From: Spirochaetota bacterium | GTDB lineage: Bacteria > Spirochaetota > UBA4802 > JAFGDQ01 | Direction of reading: 5' to 3' | NCBI GenBank assembly: GCA_043803405.1 | Contig: JAZDKB010000047.1 | Coordinates: forward strand, 24,782 to 88,781 | DNA length: 64,000 bases | Shown: one piece after another, positions 1 through 8,065 of the stretch | How the letters are laid out: the number at the start of each line of letters is the position of its first letter | Numbering within the stretch: position 1 is the first letter of the stretch | The notes under the pieces: generated by a model | The model's database searches: none | What the model was told of the DNA's origin: nothing | What the model saw: only the letters and a program-made list of their open reading frames with translations | Position numbers and translations under genes: made by a program

Positions 1-124
1 GAGAGGAATTTTCCTGTTTTACAGGGAAATTTGATTCTCTGAGAGGGAGCATTCCCTGTTTTATAGAAGACTTCGACTCTCTGAGAGGGAAAGCCGGCTC
101 TTCGATAGGGAACATCCCCTGTTT
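1..124. repeat. Degenerate 21-bp-period tandem array, cut by the left window edge
   Basis: Units at 20, 41, 62, 83, 104: tacagggaaatttgattctct / gagagggagcattccctgttt / tatagaagacttcgactctct / gagagggaaagccggctcttc / gatagggaacatcccctgttt; partial unit at 1-19. Confidence 0.7.
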
Positions 125-382
125 TGTACTCACCGTCTATACTCAGTGACTCAAAATCGGGTATATTTTATTCAAGTTCGGTAATCAGAGAAAGAAAAGG
201 CCTCTATTTTACAAGGAATTTAAGGTTTTATAACCGGAATTCATTATATTTTAAATTATCTTTCAATATAATTATTTTAGTTGCTATGTAATCAACTAAT
301 TTATATATTCTAATTAGCTTCAGATGATACATATATATAATTTCATCTGTTCATACAGGAGAACAAAATCCTGTCCCATAAT

Positions 383-1273
383 ATGAAAAATATTTCCAGA
401 AGAATTGCAGAAGCTGTTCCGGATGATTTATTTAAGCATTATTCCGGAGAATTCATCGTTCCCGAACTGGAGGAAGCATTCCAGAAGAATGCATGGCTGA
501 CCTATAAGAAGACTTCCCAGATCAGTTTGCTGTTTGGCGGGATTGTTCTAATATTCTTCGGGATCCTGGATTTTCTAACACAGAAAGACAAATGGCAGCT
601 TCTGGAATTGATAGCCGTGCGCTGGATTAGCGGCATATTTCTTATTCTTTCATATATGTACATCCGCAAAGCCAAAGCTTATTTTGACGGTTTTCATATA
701 TTATCTTTTACTAATACTATTGTTGCTGCCGCTGCCATAATATTATTAGGCATTATGTTAAAACTTTCTTTCATTCAGAATATCTTACACGGATTCCTGT
801 TAACGCTTGTCTTTTACCAGTTTGTTCATAATCGTTTCAAATATATTATTTTCGGATGCGCTTTTTACCCGGCTGTATTACTGGTTTTCTATTTATATAC
901 TAACCAGATCGATTCCGTTAACCTGGTACGTTTTATCCTGTATTTCAGTTCTGCCAACGCTCTAGGCGTTTTAATTCTTCGTTCCGTGAACAGGATACAG
1001 CGGACAAATTATATGAATCACATAAAAAAAGAATCACTGAACGAAGAGCTCAAAAATGCGATTGATAAACTTATCAAAACGCGGCAGGAGGTTAAGGTGC
1101 TGCAGGGGCTCATCCCCATTTGCGCAAGATGCAAAAAGATACGCGACGACAAAGGGTCATGGAATCATCTGGAAGCTTATATACAGCGCCATTCGGAAGC
1201 AAAATTCAGCCATGGCATTTGTCCCGAATGCGCCAATCAGCTCTACCCGGAAATGCAATTGTTTGATAAATAA
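383..1273 (+). CDS. Multi-pass membrane protein with coiled coil and C-terminal Cys-rich putative Zn-binding domain
   Basis: About 6 hydrophobic segments, then a coiled coil and GLIPICARCKKIRDDKGSW...FSHGICPEC, a widespread uncharacterised C-terminal module of signalling proteins; caggag upstream. Confidence 0.8.
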   Translation: MKNISRRIAEAVPDDLFKHYSGEFIVPELEEAFQKNAWLTYKKTSQISLLFGGIVLIFFGILDFLTQKDKWQLLELIAVRWISGIFLILSYMYIRKAKAYFDGFHILSFTNTIVAAAAIILLGIMLKLSFIQNILHGFLLTLVFYQFVHNRFKYIIFGCAFYPAVLLVFYLYTNQIDSVNLVRFILYFSSANALGVLILRSVNRIQRTNYMNHIKKESLNEELKNAIDKLIKTRQEVKVLQGLIPICARCKKIRDDKGSWNHLEAYIQRHSEAKFSHGICPECANQLYPEMQLFDK

Positions 1274-1416
1274 GGCAGGATAATATTTTACAATACATGA
1301 ATTGTAAAGCGCGTTCTCTGCAGATGAATTTGCGAAGATATTCAATTGTAAAAGCCGGCGTGCAATGCGCGGCATTTGCTGCTTTGAAGATGAATAGCGG
1401 TTCTTATTTCAAGGCG

Positions 1417-1470
1417 TAATATCCCGACGCTTGCGTCAAGGATGTAAGCCAATCGGTTTGCGGGGAATTT
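1417..1470. repeat. Degenerate REP-like hairpin(s) between convergent genes
   Basis: atccc-gacgc-tt-gcgtc-aaggat hairpin and a distal gcggggaatt also found at 53044-53053. Confidence 0.45.
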
Positions 1471-1913
1471 TATTTCTCTCCGAGCATTTCAATATCGGCT
1501 AAATCTTTAAATCTTCCGAGCTTCTTCTTGTTTTTAATATAGACATCCTTTCCAATGAAATATACTTTGTTTTTCCCCAGTTCTCCGGCGATTTTGCTGT
1601 TCCAGACTTCTTCTTTTGTTACACCGTCAAGGACAGTAAGTAAATCTATACGCACGGGAGCATAGCCGAGCTGTATTACATTACCGGATATAATATCCTG
1701 CAAAGTTAAATTCAGGGATGAAAAACCGAATTCTTTAATTGCGGATAAAACATTTTTGGCGTTTTTCTTTTCAGGCTTTATCCAGATGTCGATATCGCCT
1801 GTTGCCCTGGGCTGGCCGTAGAAGAACAAGGCAAAGGAACCGACAATGACGTATTCGACTTTGTGTTTATTCAATAAAGAAATAAAATCATCAAAATCAA
1901 CGTGAATTTTCAT
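1470..1913 (-). CDS. Small nucleotidyltransferase (DUF6036/AbiEii-like fold), putative toxin or antitoxin
   Basis: YVIVGSFAL..G.PRATGDIDIWI (G[GS]...DxD), RIDLL and C-terminal K...GR.KDLAD. Confidence 0.8.
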   Translation of the reverse strand: MKIHVDFDDFISLLNKHKVEYVIVGSFALFFYGQPRATGDIDIWIKPEKKNAKNVLSAIKEFGFSSLNLTLQDIISGNVIQLGYAPVRIDLLTVLDGVTKEEVWNSKIAGELGKNKVYFIGKDVYIKNKKKLGRFKDLADIEMLGEK

Positions 1914-2103
1914 AGCGAGTCCTTATGGTGATTGCTTTTTCTATTCTTGGTAATTCGGTATGGCCGCTGATTATATAAAAGTGATTGCGAAGTTCTTCTG
2001 CTGCGTTAAAACGTTCTTCCGGTGTTTTTGACTGCCAGTATGCAAGCTCGTCCGTGCTTTTATCTCTCGGCACTATTTTTATATGCAGGTTTCGCTTTTT
2101 CAT
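1897..2103 (-). CDS. Small protein overlapping the nucleotidyltransferase gene (putative TA partner)
   Basis: 68 aa, ELAYWQSKTPEERFNAAEELR motif, 17-nt overlap with the downstream gene. Confidence 0.65.
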   Translation of the reverse strand: MKKRNLHIKIVPRDKSTDELAYWQSKTPEERFNAAEELRNHFYIISGHTELPRIEKAITIRTRYENSR

Positions 2104-2163
2104 GTGTTAATTGTTTCAGCTTTATTAATAAAATCAATAAGAAAAATATAAAAGACGGCCTTT

Positions 2164-2414
2164 ATTCCTTCGGCTCCCTAATCCCGTGCGAAGCCTCCCA
2201 TTGAGACGAAGAGCAGGGCTGCCTTATGCTAAGACCCCTAACCCCAGCCCCTTCCCCCTTAATAAGGGAGGAAGGGGTGGAAAACGAATTAATTTCGGTA
2301 TTATCGGATTAATTCCATTAGTTCACCCCCTTTCCCCTAACCAAGGGGAAAGGGGGATGGGGGAATAGGGGTCAAAAGCGCTATGAAAAATTAGCGTGAG
2401 GCAGCCGAAGCGAT
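2164..2414. repeat. GC-rich composite palindromic (REP/BIME-like) element
   Basis: Stem gaccccta (2233) / taggggtc (2373) encloses hairpins ccccttcc-ccctt/aaggg-a-ggaagggg (2248-2277), gaattaat../..attaattc and ccccctttcccct/aggggaaaggggg (2326-2356); outer cttcggct (2168) / agccgaag (2403). Confidence 0.75.
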
Positions 2415-2475
2415 CCTGGGGATTCCCCAATTAAAATCTTGACAAACCCTGCGTATTGATAAATTTGCAGTCTCA

Positions 2476-5400
2476 ATGATCCTGAACCAAGTCACACATA
2501 TATTCGAGAAATCGAAAGAAGCAGCAGAGCTGTTCCGCGATATTAAAGGAGGGAAAAAGATCTCGGTTGAAGGCATAACCGAGTCCTCGTTTTCGCTCAT
2601 TATATCCGCGGTATATGACAGGCATCCTGAACAGATGCTCGTAGTTGCAAAGAACCCGCAGACAATGCAGGAGGTGTATCTTGACCTGTCCTGCTTTATT
2701 GATCCCGATAAAGTCGTAATGCTCCCTCCGTGGGAAACACTGCCGTACGAATTCGTATCGCCGTCGGAAAGGGTTGAGCGCGAGCGCATAGCCGCTATCT
2801 ACAAAATACTGAAAGGCGACCCGCTTGTTGTTGTAACAACTGTCGAGTCCCTCATCCGCGCGGTACCCTGCAAAGACTTTCTGCTGAAAAAAGGCGTAAC
2901 CCTGAATACGGGCGAGGAATACCCGTTCGACGACATACTGGAGCTCCTTGTAAGCTACGGGTACTCGCGCGAGTACAAAGTGGAATCATTCGGCCAGTTC
3001 TCGCAGAAAGGCGGGATCATAGACGTATTTTTGTCATCATACCAGAATCCGCTGCGACTGGATTTCTTCGGCGATACGCTGGAGTCCATAAGAGAGTTCG
3101 ACGCGGAGAACCAGATATCGTATTCGAAGTTTGAGTCGGCTGTAATTTACCCGCGCAAAGAGCTTATTCTGTTTAAAAGCGAAAGGGAAATCCTGCTTAA
3201 AAATCTTATTGAACAGAAAATGAAGAAGCAGGAGATACCTGACAAAGTGATCGAGTATCTTGAGAAAGGCGACCACCTTGCGGAGATATCCGGCGTGGAG
3301 GATATTTTCCCGCTCGCGATACAAGCAGATACTCTTCTGTCGTATTTCAATAAAAAGCGCAAAATATTTTTCATAGAAACACTCGACCTCTCGATTGAGA
3401 AGGACCGCCTTGAACATACCTTCAGGGAGCTTTATAAAAGAAAGTCCGCAGGCATTTTCGCGCTTCCGCCGGAAACGCTTTTGCACACAGAAGCGTTTAG
3501 CGCTGCAAGGGATGAGTCGATCGAACTTCGCGTGTTCACCACCTCCGCGGATTCGCTAAGGCTGGATATACACGGCATACCCGGCTTTCACGGGAAAGTA
3601 AAAACCGTTCGCGAGGAATTATCCAGTAAAATTGAAAATAAATGGAAGATAATTATCTGCACGCAATTCGAAGGACAGGCAAGGAGGCTTTACGACCTTT
3701 TCAGCGAATTCGATCCGAACAGCCATTTCGAAAACATGTCTCCGGATAATTCCCTGAACATTTTAATTGCTCCGCTTAAGGCCGGCTTCGAGATCGAATC
3801 TTTAAAATTGCTTGTCCTGACTGACCACGATATATTCGGAAAGGCATACAGAAAAAAGAAGCAGTTCAAGCGAAAGTCCTCCAAGCCTATAGAATCTTTC
3901 CTTGACCTTAAAGCCGGCGATTATGTTGTGCACCTGAATCACGGCATAGGCATATTCAAAGGCATAGAGAGAATGTCCGCAGGCGGAGTTGAGCGGGACT
4001 TTCTGATAATCAATTACGCGGACAATGACAAGCTGTACGTATCACTTGACCAGATAAATATGGTGCAGAGATACGTTGGCCTGGACGGCAAAACGCCGCG
4101 CATAGACTCGCTCGGCAAAAAGTCGGCATGGAACAGGATACGCGACAAGGTAAAGGAATCGGTAGAAGAGATCGCAAAAGACCTTATAGAAATATACTCG
4201 AAAAGGCAGGCTTTGCGCGGATTCCCGTTCCCGCCCGACACCCTGTGGCAGGAGGAATTCGAGTCAAAGTTCGAATACGAAGAGACGCAGGACCAGATCA
4301 CGGCCATCGAAGACGTAAAGGACGACATGGAGTCGCAGCTCCCCATGGAGCGTCTTATTTGCGGCGATGTTGGCTTCGGAAAGACCGAGGTCGCGATACG
4401 GGCAGCGTTCAAAGCTGTAATGGCCGGGAAGCAGGTAGCAATTCTGGTGCCTACTACAGTTCTTGCGATGCAGCATTTTTCCACATTCAAAAAGCGTTTT
4501 ATAGATTATCCCGTAAATATAGAACTTATATCCAGGCTGCGTACAAGGACAGAGATAAATAAATCCAAGGCAAAAATGAAAACAGGCGAAGTGGATATTG
4601 TAATAGGCACGCACGCGCTTCTCGCGAAGGACATACTGTTCAAGAATCTCGGCCTGCTAGTAATAGATGAAGAGCAGAGATTCGGGGTTCAGCACAAGGA
4701 GCGCTTAAAGAAACTCCGCATGCTTGTAGACGTGCTTACGCTCTCCGCTACGCCGATCCCGCGCACTTTGCACATGGCGCTCGCGGGCATACGCGAGCTT
4801 TCAATGATAACAACGCCTCCCGAGAACAGGCAGTCAATAGACACGTACGTGCTGGAGGAAAACCCTGACATTACGCGCATGGCTATATTAACAGAGATAG
4901 AGCGCGGGGGACAGGTGTTCTTTGTGCACAACCGGGTGCAGACGATAGAAGGCGTAGCAGAGAGCCTGCAAAAATTAGTGCCCGAAGCGGCATTCTGCGT
5001 GGCGCACGGCCAGATGCACGAACACGAACTGGAAGATATCATAATAGAATTCGTGGACGGCAAATACGACTGCATGATCTGCACTTCGATAATAGAATCC
5101 GGCCTCGACATGCCTAACGTGAACACCATAATAATAAACCGGGCGGAGACATTCGGGTTGTCGCAGCTTTACCAGCTGAAGGGCAGGGTAGGCCGGTCGA
5201 GCGTAAAGGCATGCGCCTATCTCTTTTATCCGCGGCACATACCGCTAACCGAAATACAGCAGAAGCGGCTGCAGGTTATATCCGAGTATTCCGAGATCGG
5301 GAGCGGGTTCAAAATAGCGATGAAGGACCTCGAGATTCGTGGGTCAGGAAACATTCTCGGGAGGGAGCAGTCTGGGAACATCATGGAAGTCGGGTTCGAC

Positions 5401-5919
5401 CTTTACTGCCAGATGCTGGAGGACTCGGTGCGCAGGCTTAAAGGAGAAAGGCCGGTGTCGCTTTTCCGTACGCCTGTGTTCCTAAAGACGAACTTCTTTA
5501 TTCCGGAAACGTACATAACGGATGAAAAGCAGAAGATCGAGTTTTACAAGAGATTCGAGGCTTGCGAACTCGTAGAGGAGGTCGCCCAGCTTGAGCAGGA
5601 GCTCCTGGACAGGTTCGGGCCTCCGCCGGACGAAGTGAAGATACTGATCGAGCTTGAGAAGATCAGGGCGCTCGCTTCCTCGCTCGAGATCGAGGAGATC
5701 ATCGAGGACTCCAAAGCGATTAAGATCAGGATGTCGAAGAATACGCGCATTGATCCCAATGTGATCGTCTCCATCATACAAAAAGATAAAAGAATTGTCT
5801 TTGACCGCAAGGATAAAGATATTTTGATATTTAATCCTAAAGCAACCCAGGAAGAAAAAAGGCTTGATGAGCTAAAAAAATGGTTGCAACAATTGTCCGC
5901 GCCTAATAACAACAACTAA
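2476..5919 (+). CDS. mfd: Transcription-repair coupling factor
   Basis: 1147 aa: UvrB-like N-terminus, CarD/RID region ([12 protein letters not shown]), helicase motifs [33 protein letters not shown]-terminal TRCF domain. Confidence 0.98.
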   Translation: MILNQVTHIFEKSKEAAELFRDIKGGKKISVEGITESSFSLIISAVYDRHPEQMLVVAKNPQTMQEVYLDLSCFIDPDKVVMLPPWETLPYEFVSPSERVERERIAAIYKILKGDPLVVVTTVESLIRAVPCKDFLLKKGVTLNTGEEYPFDDILELLVSYGYSREYKVESFGQFSQKGGIIDVFLSSYQNPLRLDFFGDTLESIREFDAENQISYSKFESAVIYPRKELILFKSEREILLKNLIEQKMKKQEIPDKVIEYLEKGDHLAEISGVEDIFPLAIQADTLLSYFNKKRKIFFIETLDLSIEKDRLEHTFRELYKRKSAGIFALPPETLLHTEAFSAARDESIELRVFTTSADSLRLDIHGIPGFHGKVKTVREELSSKIENKWKIIICTQFEGQARRLYDLFSEFDPNSHFENMSPDNSLNILIAPLKAGFEIESLKLLVLTDHDIFGKAYRKKKQFKRKSSKPIESFLDLKAGDYVVHLNHGIGIFKGIERMSAGGVERDFLIINYADNDKLYVSLDQINMVQRYVGLDGKTPRIDSLGKKSAWNRIRDKVKESVEEIAKDLIEIYSKRQALRGFPFPPDTLWQEEFESKFEYEETQDQITAIEDVKDDMESQLPMERLICGDVGFGKTEVAIRAAFKAVMAGKQVAILVPTTVLAMQHFSTFKKRFIDYPVNIELISRLRTRTEINKSKAKMKTGEVDIVIGTHALLAKDILFKNLGLLVIDEEQRFGVQHKERLKKLRMLVDVLTLSATPIPRTLHMALAGIRELSMITTPPENRQSIDTYVLEENPDITRMAILTEIERGGQVFFVHNRVQTIEGVAESLQKLVPEAAFCVAHGQMHEHELEDIIIEFVDGKYDCMICTSIIESGLDMPNVNTIIINRAETFGLSQLYQLKGRVGRSSVKACAYLFYPRHIPLTEIQQKRLQVISEYSEIGSGFKIAMKDLEIRGSGNILGREQSGNIMEVGFDLYCQMLEDSVRRLKGERPVSLFRTPVFLKTNFFIPETYITDEKQKIEFYKRFEACELVEEVAQLEQELLDRFGPPPDEVKILIELEKIRALASSLEIEEIIEDSKAIKIRMSKNTRIDPNVIVSIIQKDKRIVFDRKDKDILIFNPKATQEEKRLDELKKWLQQLSAPNNNN

Positions 5920-5988
5920 AATTTGTTAAATAACTCAGACAGGATGATCTCTTTCAAAATAATTCGTAATCATTCATTGTGATGTCCG

Positions 5989-6124
5989 ACAAATGTCATA
6001 ATAATCAGCAATTTTAAGGCGGCAGGATGCCGCCGCAAGCCGCTTCTTACAGGCGCAGTACTGAGCGCAGCGCAGTAATGTATGCATTAGCGGCGGGAAA
6101 ATTGCTGATTATTATGACATTTGT
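5989..6124. repeat. Palindromic interspersed element copy 1 (27-bp perfect arms around a two-hairpin core with a 24-nt insert)
   Basis: Arms 5989-6015 / 6098-6124 are a perfect inverted repeat; core homologous to the reverse complement of 31312-31369. Confidence 0.9.
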
Positions 6125-6201
6125 TATTCTTAAGATTATATTAATTTTAAAAGAGCAGGCCGGATTGAGTAAATAATTAAAATTTCCAAAGGATAAACGA
6201 A

Positions 6202-6957
6202 ATGAAAATAAAAAAATCTTCAATCGTATTTTGCATTGTTATTTTTGCTGCTGCACTGTGTTTTTCATACATCGCATGCGGTGGCGACGGCGGTAAATGG
6301 GTTGCCAAAATAAAAGGCGACGAAATAACCCTCGGCCAGCTTAATTCGCTTTATTATGCGCAGCAAAAATCATTATATAACGACGCAACAAACGCCGAAA
6401 TCGACAAGCGCGCGGAGAATCCGGAAGAGCTTTCAAAAAATCCCACACTGGATAAAAAAGAATTCCTTGAAAACGTAATCAGACAAAGACTTGTGTATAA
6501 TAAAGCGATTGAAGACGGGATACAGAAGAACAAGGAACTTGAAGCACTGATCCAGATGGCAAAGGAAGCCGTTGTTGTAGGCTTTTACGTAAAGGAAAAA
6601 TTCAAGGATCAGATCAATGTAACAGACCAGGAAATAGCAAAAATATACTCCGACCAAAGAGCCCGGTTCAAAGGCGCACCGATAGACCAGGCAGAGCAGT
6701 ATATCCGTCAGCAGATGATGCAGCAGAAGCTTCAGATGAAACTGAGGGAATTTGTTGAAGCACTTAAAGAAGAAGGCGGAATAAAGAGAAATCTTGATGT
6801 GCTTGCGAAGAAAGATGATTTTTCTAAAAAAGAAAATAAGGATAACGCGGTAAAGAAAGAAGCGGCTCCGGACAAGGACAAAAAGGACGCAGCAGTTAAA
6901 GCAGTAAAAGAACCTGTTAAAGAAGTTGCTCCGGTTAAAGTTGAACCAAAGAAATAA
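6202..6957 (+). CDS. SurA/PrsA N-terminal-domain lipoprotein (LipL31-like), no PPIase domain, Lys/Glu-rich tail
   Basis: Lipobox-like YIAC, VAKIKGDEIT, FLENVIRQRLVY..A...GI, VTDQEI...Y; follows mfd, as I recall lipL31 does in Leptospira. Confidence 0.75.
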   Translation: MKIKKSSIVFCIVIFAAALCFSYIACGGDGGKWVAKIKGDEITLGQLNSLYYAQQKSLYNDATNAEIDKRAENPEELSKNPTLDKKEFLENVIRQRLVYNKAIEDGIQKNKELEALIQMAKEAVVVGFYVKEKFKDQINVTDQEIAKIYSDQRARFKGAPIDQAEQYIRQQMMQQKLQMKLREFVEALKEEGGIKRNLDVLAKKDDFSKKENKDNAVKKEAAPDKDKKDAAVKAVKEPVKEVAPVKVEPKK

Positions 6958-7013
6958 AAAGCTGATTGCTGTTAAAATTTAATTATTGATTCTATATGCG
7001 TAATATACTGAAA

Positions 7014-7043
7014 AAAATGTCCCTTCGGCCGGAGGGACATTTT
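7014..7043. terminator. Bidirectional intrinsic terminator
   Basis: aaaatgtccct-tcggccgg-agggacatttt flanked by A/T tracts between convergent genes. Confidence 0.8.
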
Positions 7044-7278
7044 ATGTTTTATGGCGATTATATATTTCCTTTCTTACAGGGCAGCTGCATATTATGGAGT
7101 CTCCAAAATAAGTAATGTAATTACATGTGGTTCTGGATTTATTATTAATAAAATGGATTTTATCGGATATAACACGTTCTATTTTACATAGATTATGAGC
7201 ATCACTCTTTAAGCATGAAAAACTGGCATTGCATTTAATGGTAGCTTTAATTGTTTCGTCTTCTATTGTAAAGTTCAT
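7042..7278 (-). CDS. Small six-Cys hypothetical protein
   Basis: 78 aa, ATG start, six Cys ending in CSCPVRKEIY; fills the intergenic gap and ends at a terminator. Confidence 0.7.
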   Translation of the reverse strand: MNFTIEDETIKATIKCNASFSCLKSDAHNLCKIERVISDKIHFINNKSRTTCNYITYFGDSIICSCPVRKEIYNRHKT

Positions 7279-7386
7279 ATTTGTTTCTTAAATCAATTAT
7301 GTCTCACTGATTAAAAAGCTTAGCACATCAATGCAAAATAATAAAGAAAAATAAAAAAATTTTTAAATTATTAATTAAGTACTAAT

Positions 7387-8064
7387 GTGAATAAAATAAA
7401 TCAAAAAAGTAATGAAGAATTTATTGAAGAATGGGACTGGGAGAAAGCCGTACCCACAGGCAGGGCAGTTGAAAGAAACATTGCTCACAAAAACGGGATT
7501 GCCCATGAGGGCGTACATCTCTGGGTGCTGAGAATAAATGAGAAACCGGAACTCTTGTTCCAGCGAAGGTCAAAAGACAAAAATACATTCCCCGATTGTC
7601 TGGACATTACAGTCGGCGGCCATGTACCGTTCGGTATGAATGAAAATAAAATCCAGAAAGAATCCTTTGAAGAAATCGGGATATCGCCGCCTGATGAGTC
7701 ATTGATAGATCTCGGCTGGTACAGATACGAAGAAAAATCTTACGGATTATTCCACCGCGAATTCCAGCAGGTGTTTTTACTCACAGATAACCGCGAGCTT
7801 AATCAATACACATTTACCGACGGCGAAGTAACAGCTATTTTTGCCATTCCCATAATTGACCTGGAATTATTATTAAAAAAAGATTTTACTTTTTCCGTAC
7901 AAGGTTATGAAAAATGCAGGTTGACTGAAAAGAAAGTTTCGAGAAAGGATTTTCATCCGCTGTTATTTAGCGATTCCATGAAAGAATATATGAAAGTGAT
8001 AATTCAGGCTGCCAATGACCTGGCTTTAAATAAAAAAACTACAGTAAGAATGCCGGGTATATAA
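7387..8064 (+). CDS. NUDIX hydrolase (IDI-like)
   Basis: H..G..H..VH, LLFQRRS..K..FP...D.TVGGHV, ESFEEIGI Nudix box; GTG start. Confidence 0.85.
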   Translation: MNKINQKSNEEFIEEWDWEKAVPTGRAVERNIAHKNGIAHEGVHLWVLRINEKPELLFQRRSKDKNTFPDCLDITVGGHVPFGMNENKIQKESFEEIGISPPDESLIDLGWYRYEEKSYGLFHREFQQVFLLTDNRELNQYTFTDGEVTAIFAIPIIDLELLLKKDFTFSVQGYEKCRLTEKKVSRKDFHPLLFSDSMKEYMKVIIQAANDLALNKKTTVRMPGI

Positions 8065-8065
8065 T

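Noticed and set aside
321..349. cagatga-N15-tcatctg inverted repeat upstream of the first gene
   Set aside because: 7-bp arms in AT-rich DNA, no recognised motif or second instance.
1300..1409. Possible 22-bp periodicity (aattgtaaa at 1300 and 1344; agatgaat at 1322 and 1388)
   Set aside because: Only two short matching pairs; too degenerate to call a repeat by eye.
2022..2368. Track ORFs 2022..2204 and 2186..2368
   Set aside because: They translate the palindromic repeat or overlap a better-supported gene on the other strand; no RBS or protein-like motif.
5280..5770. Visibly GC-richer 3' part of mfd as a recombination patch
   Set aside because: Impression only; not quantified, the frame is intact and no boundary signals were seen.
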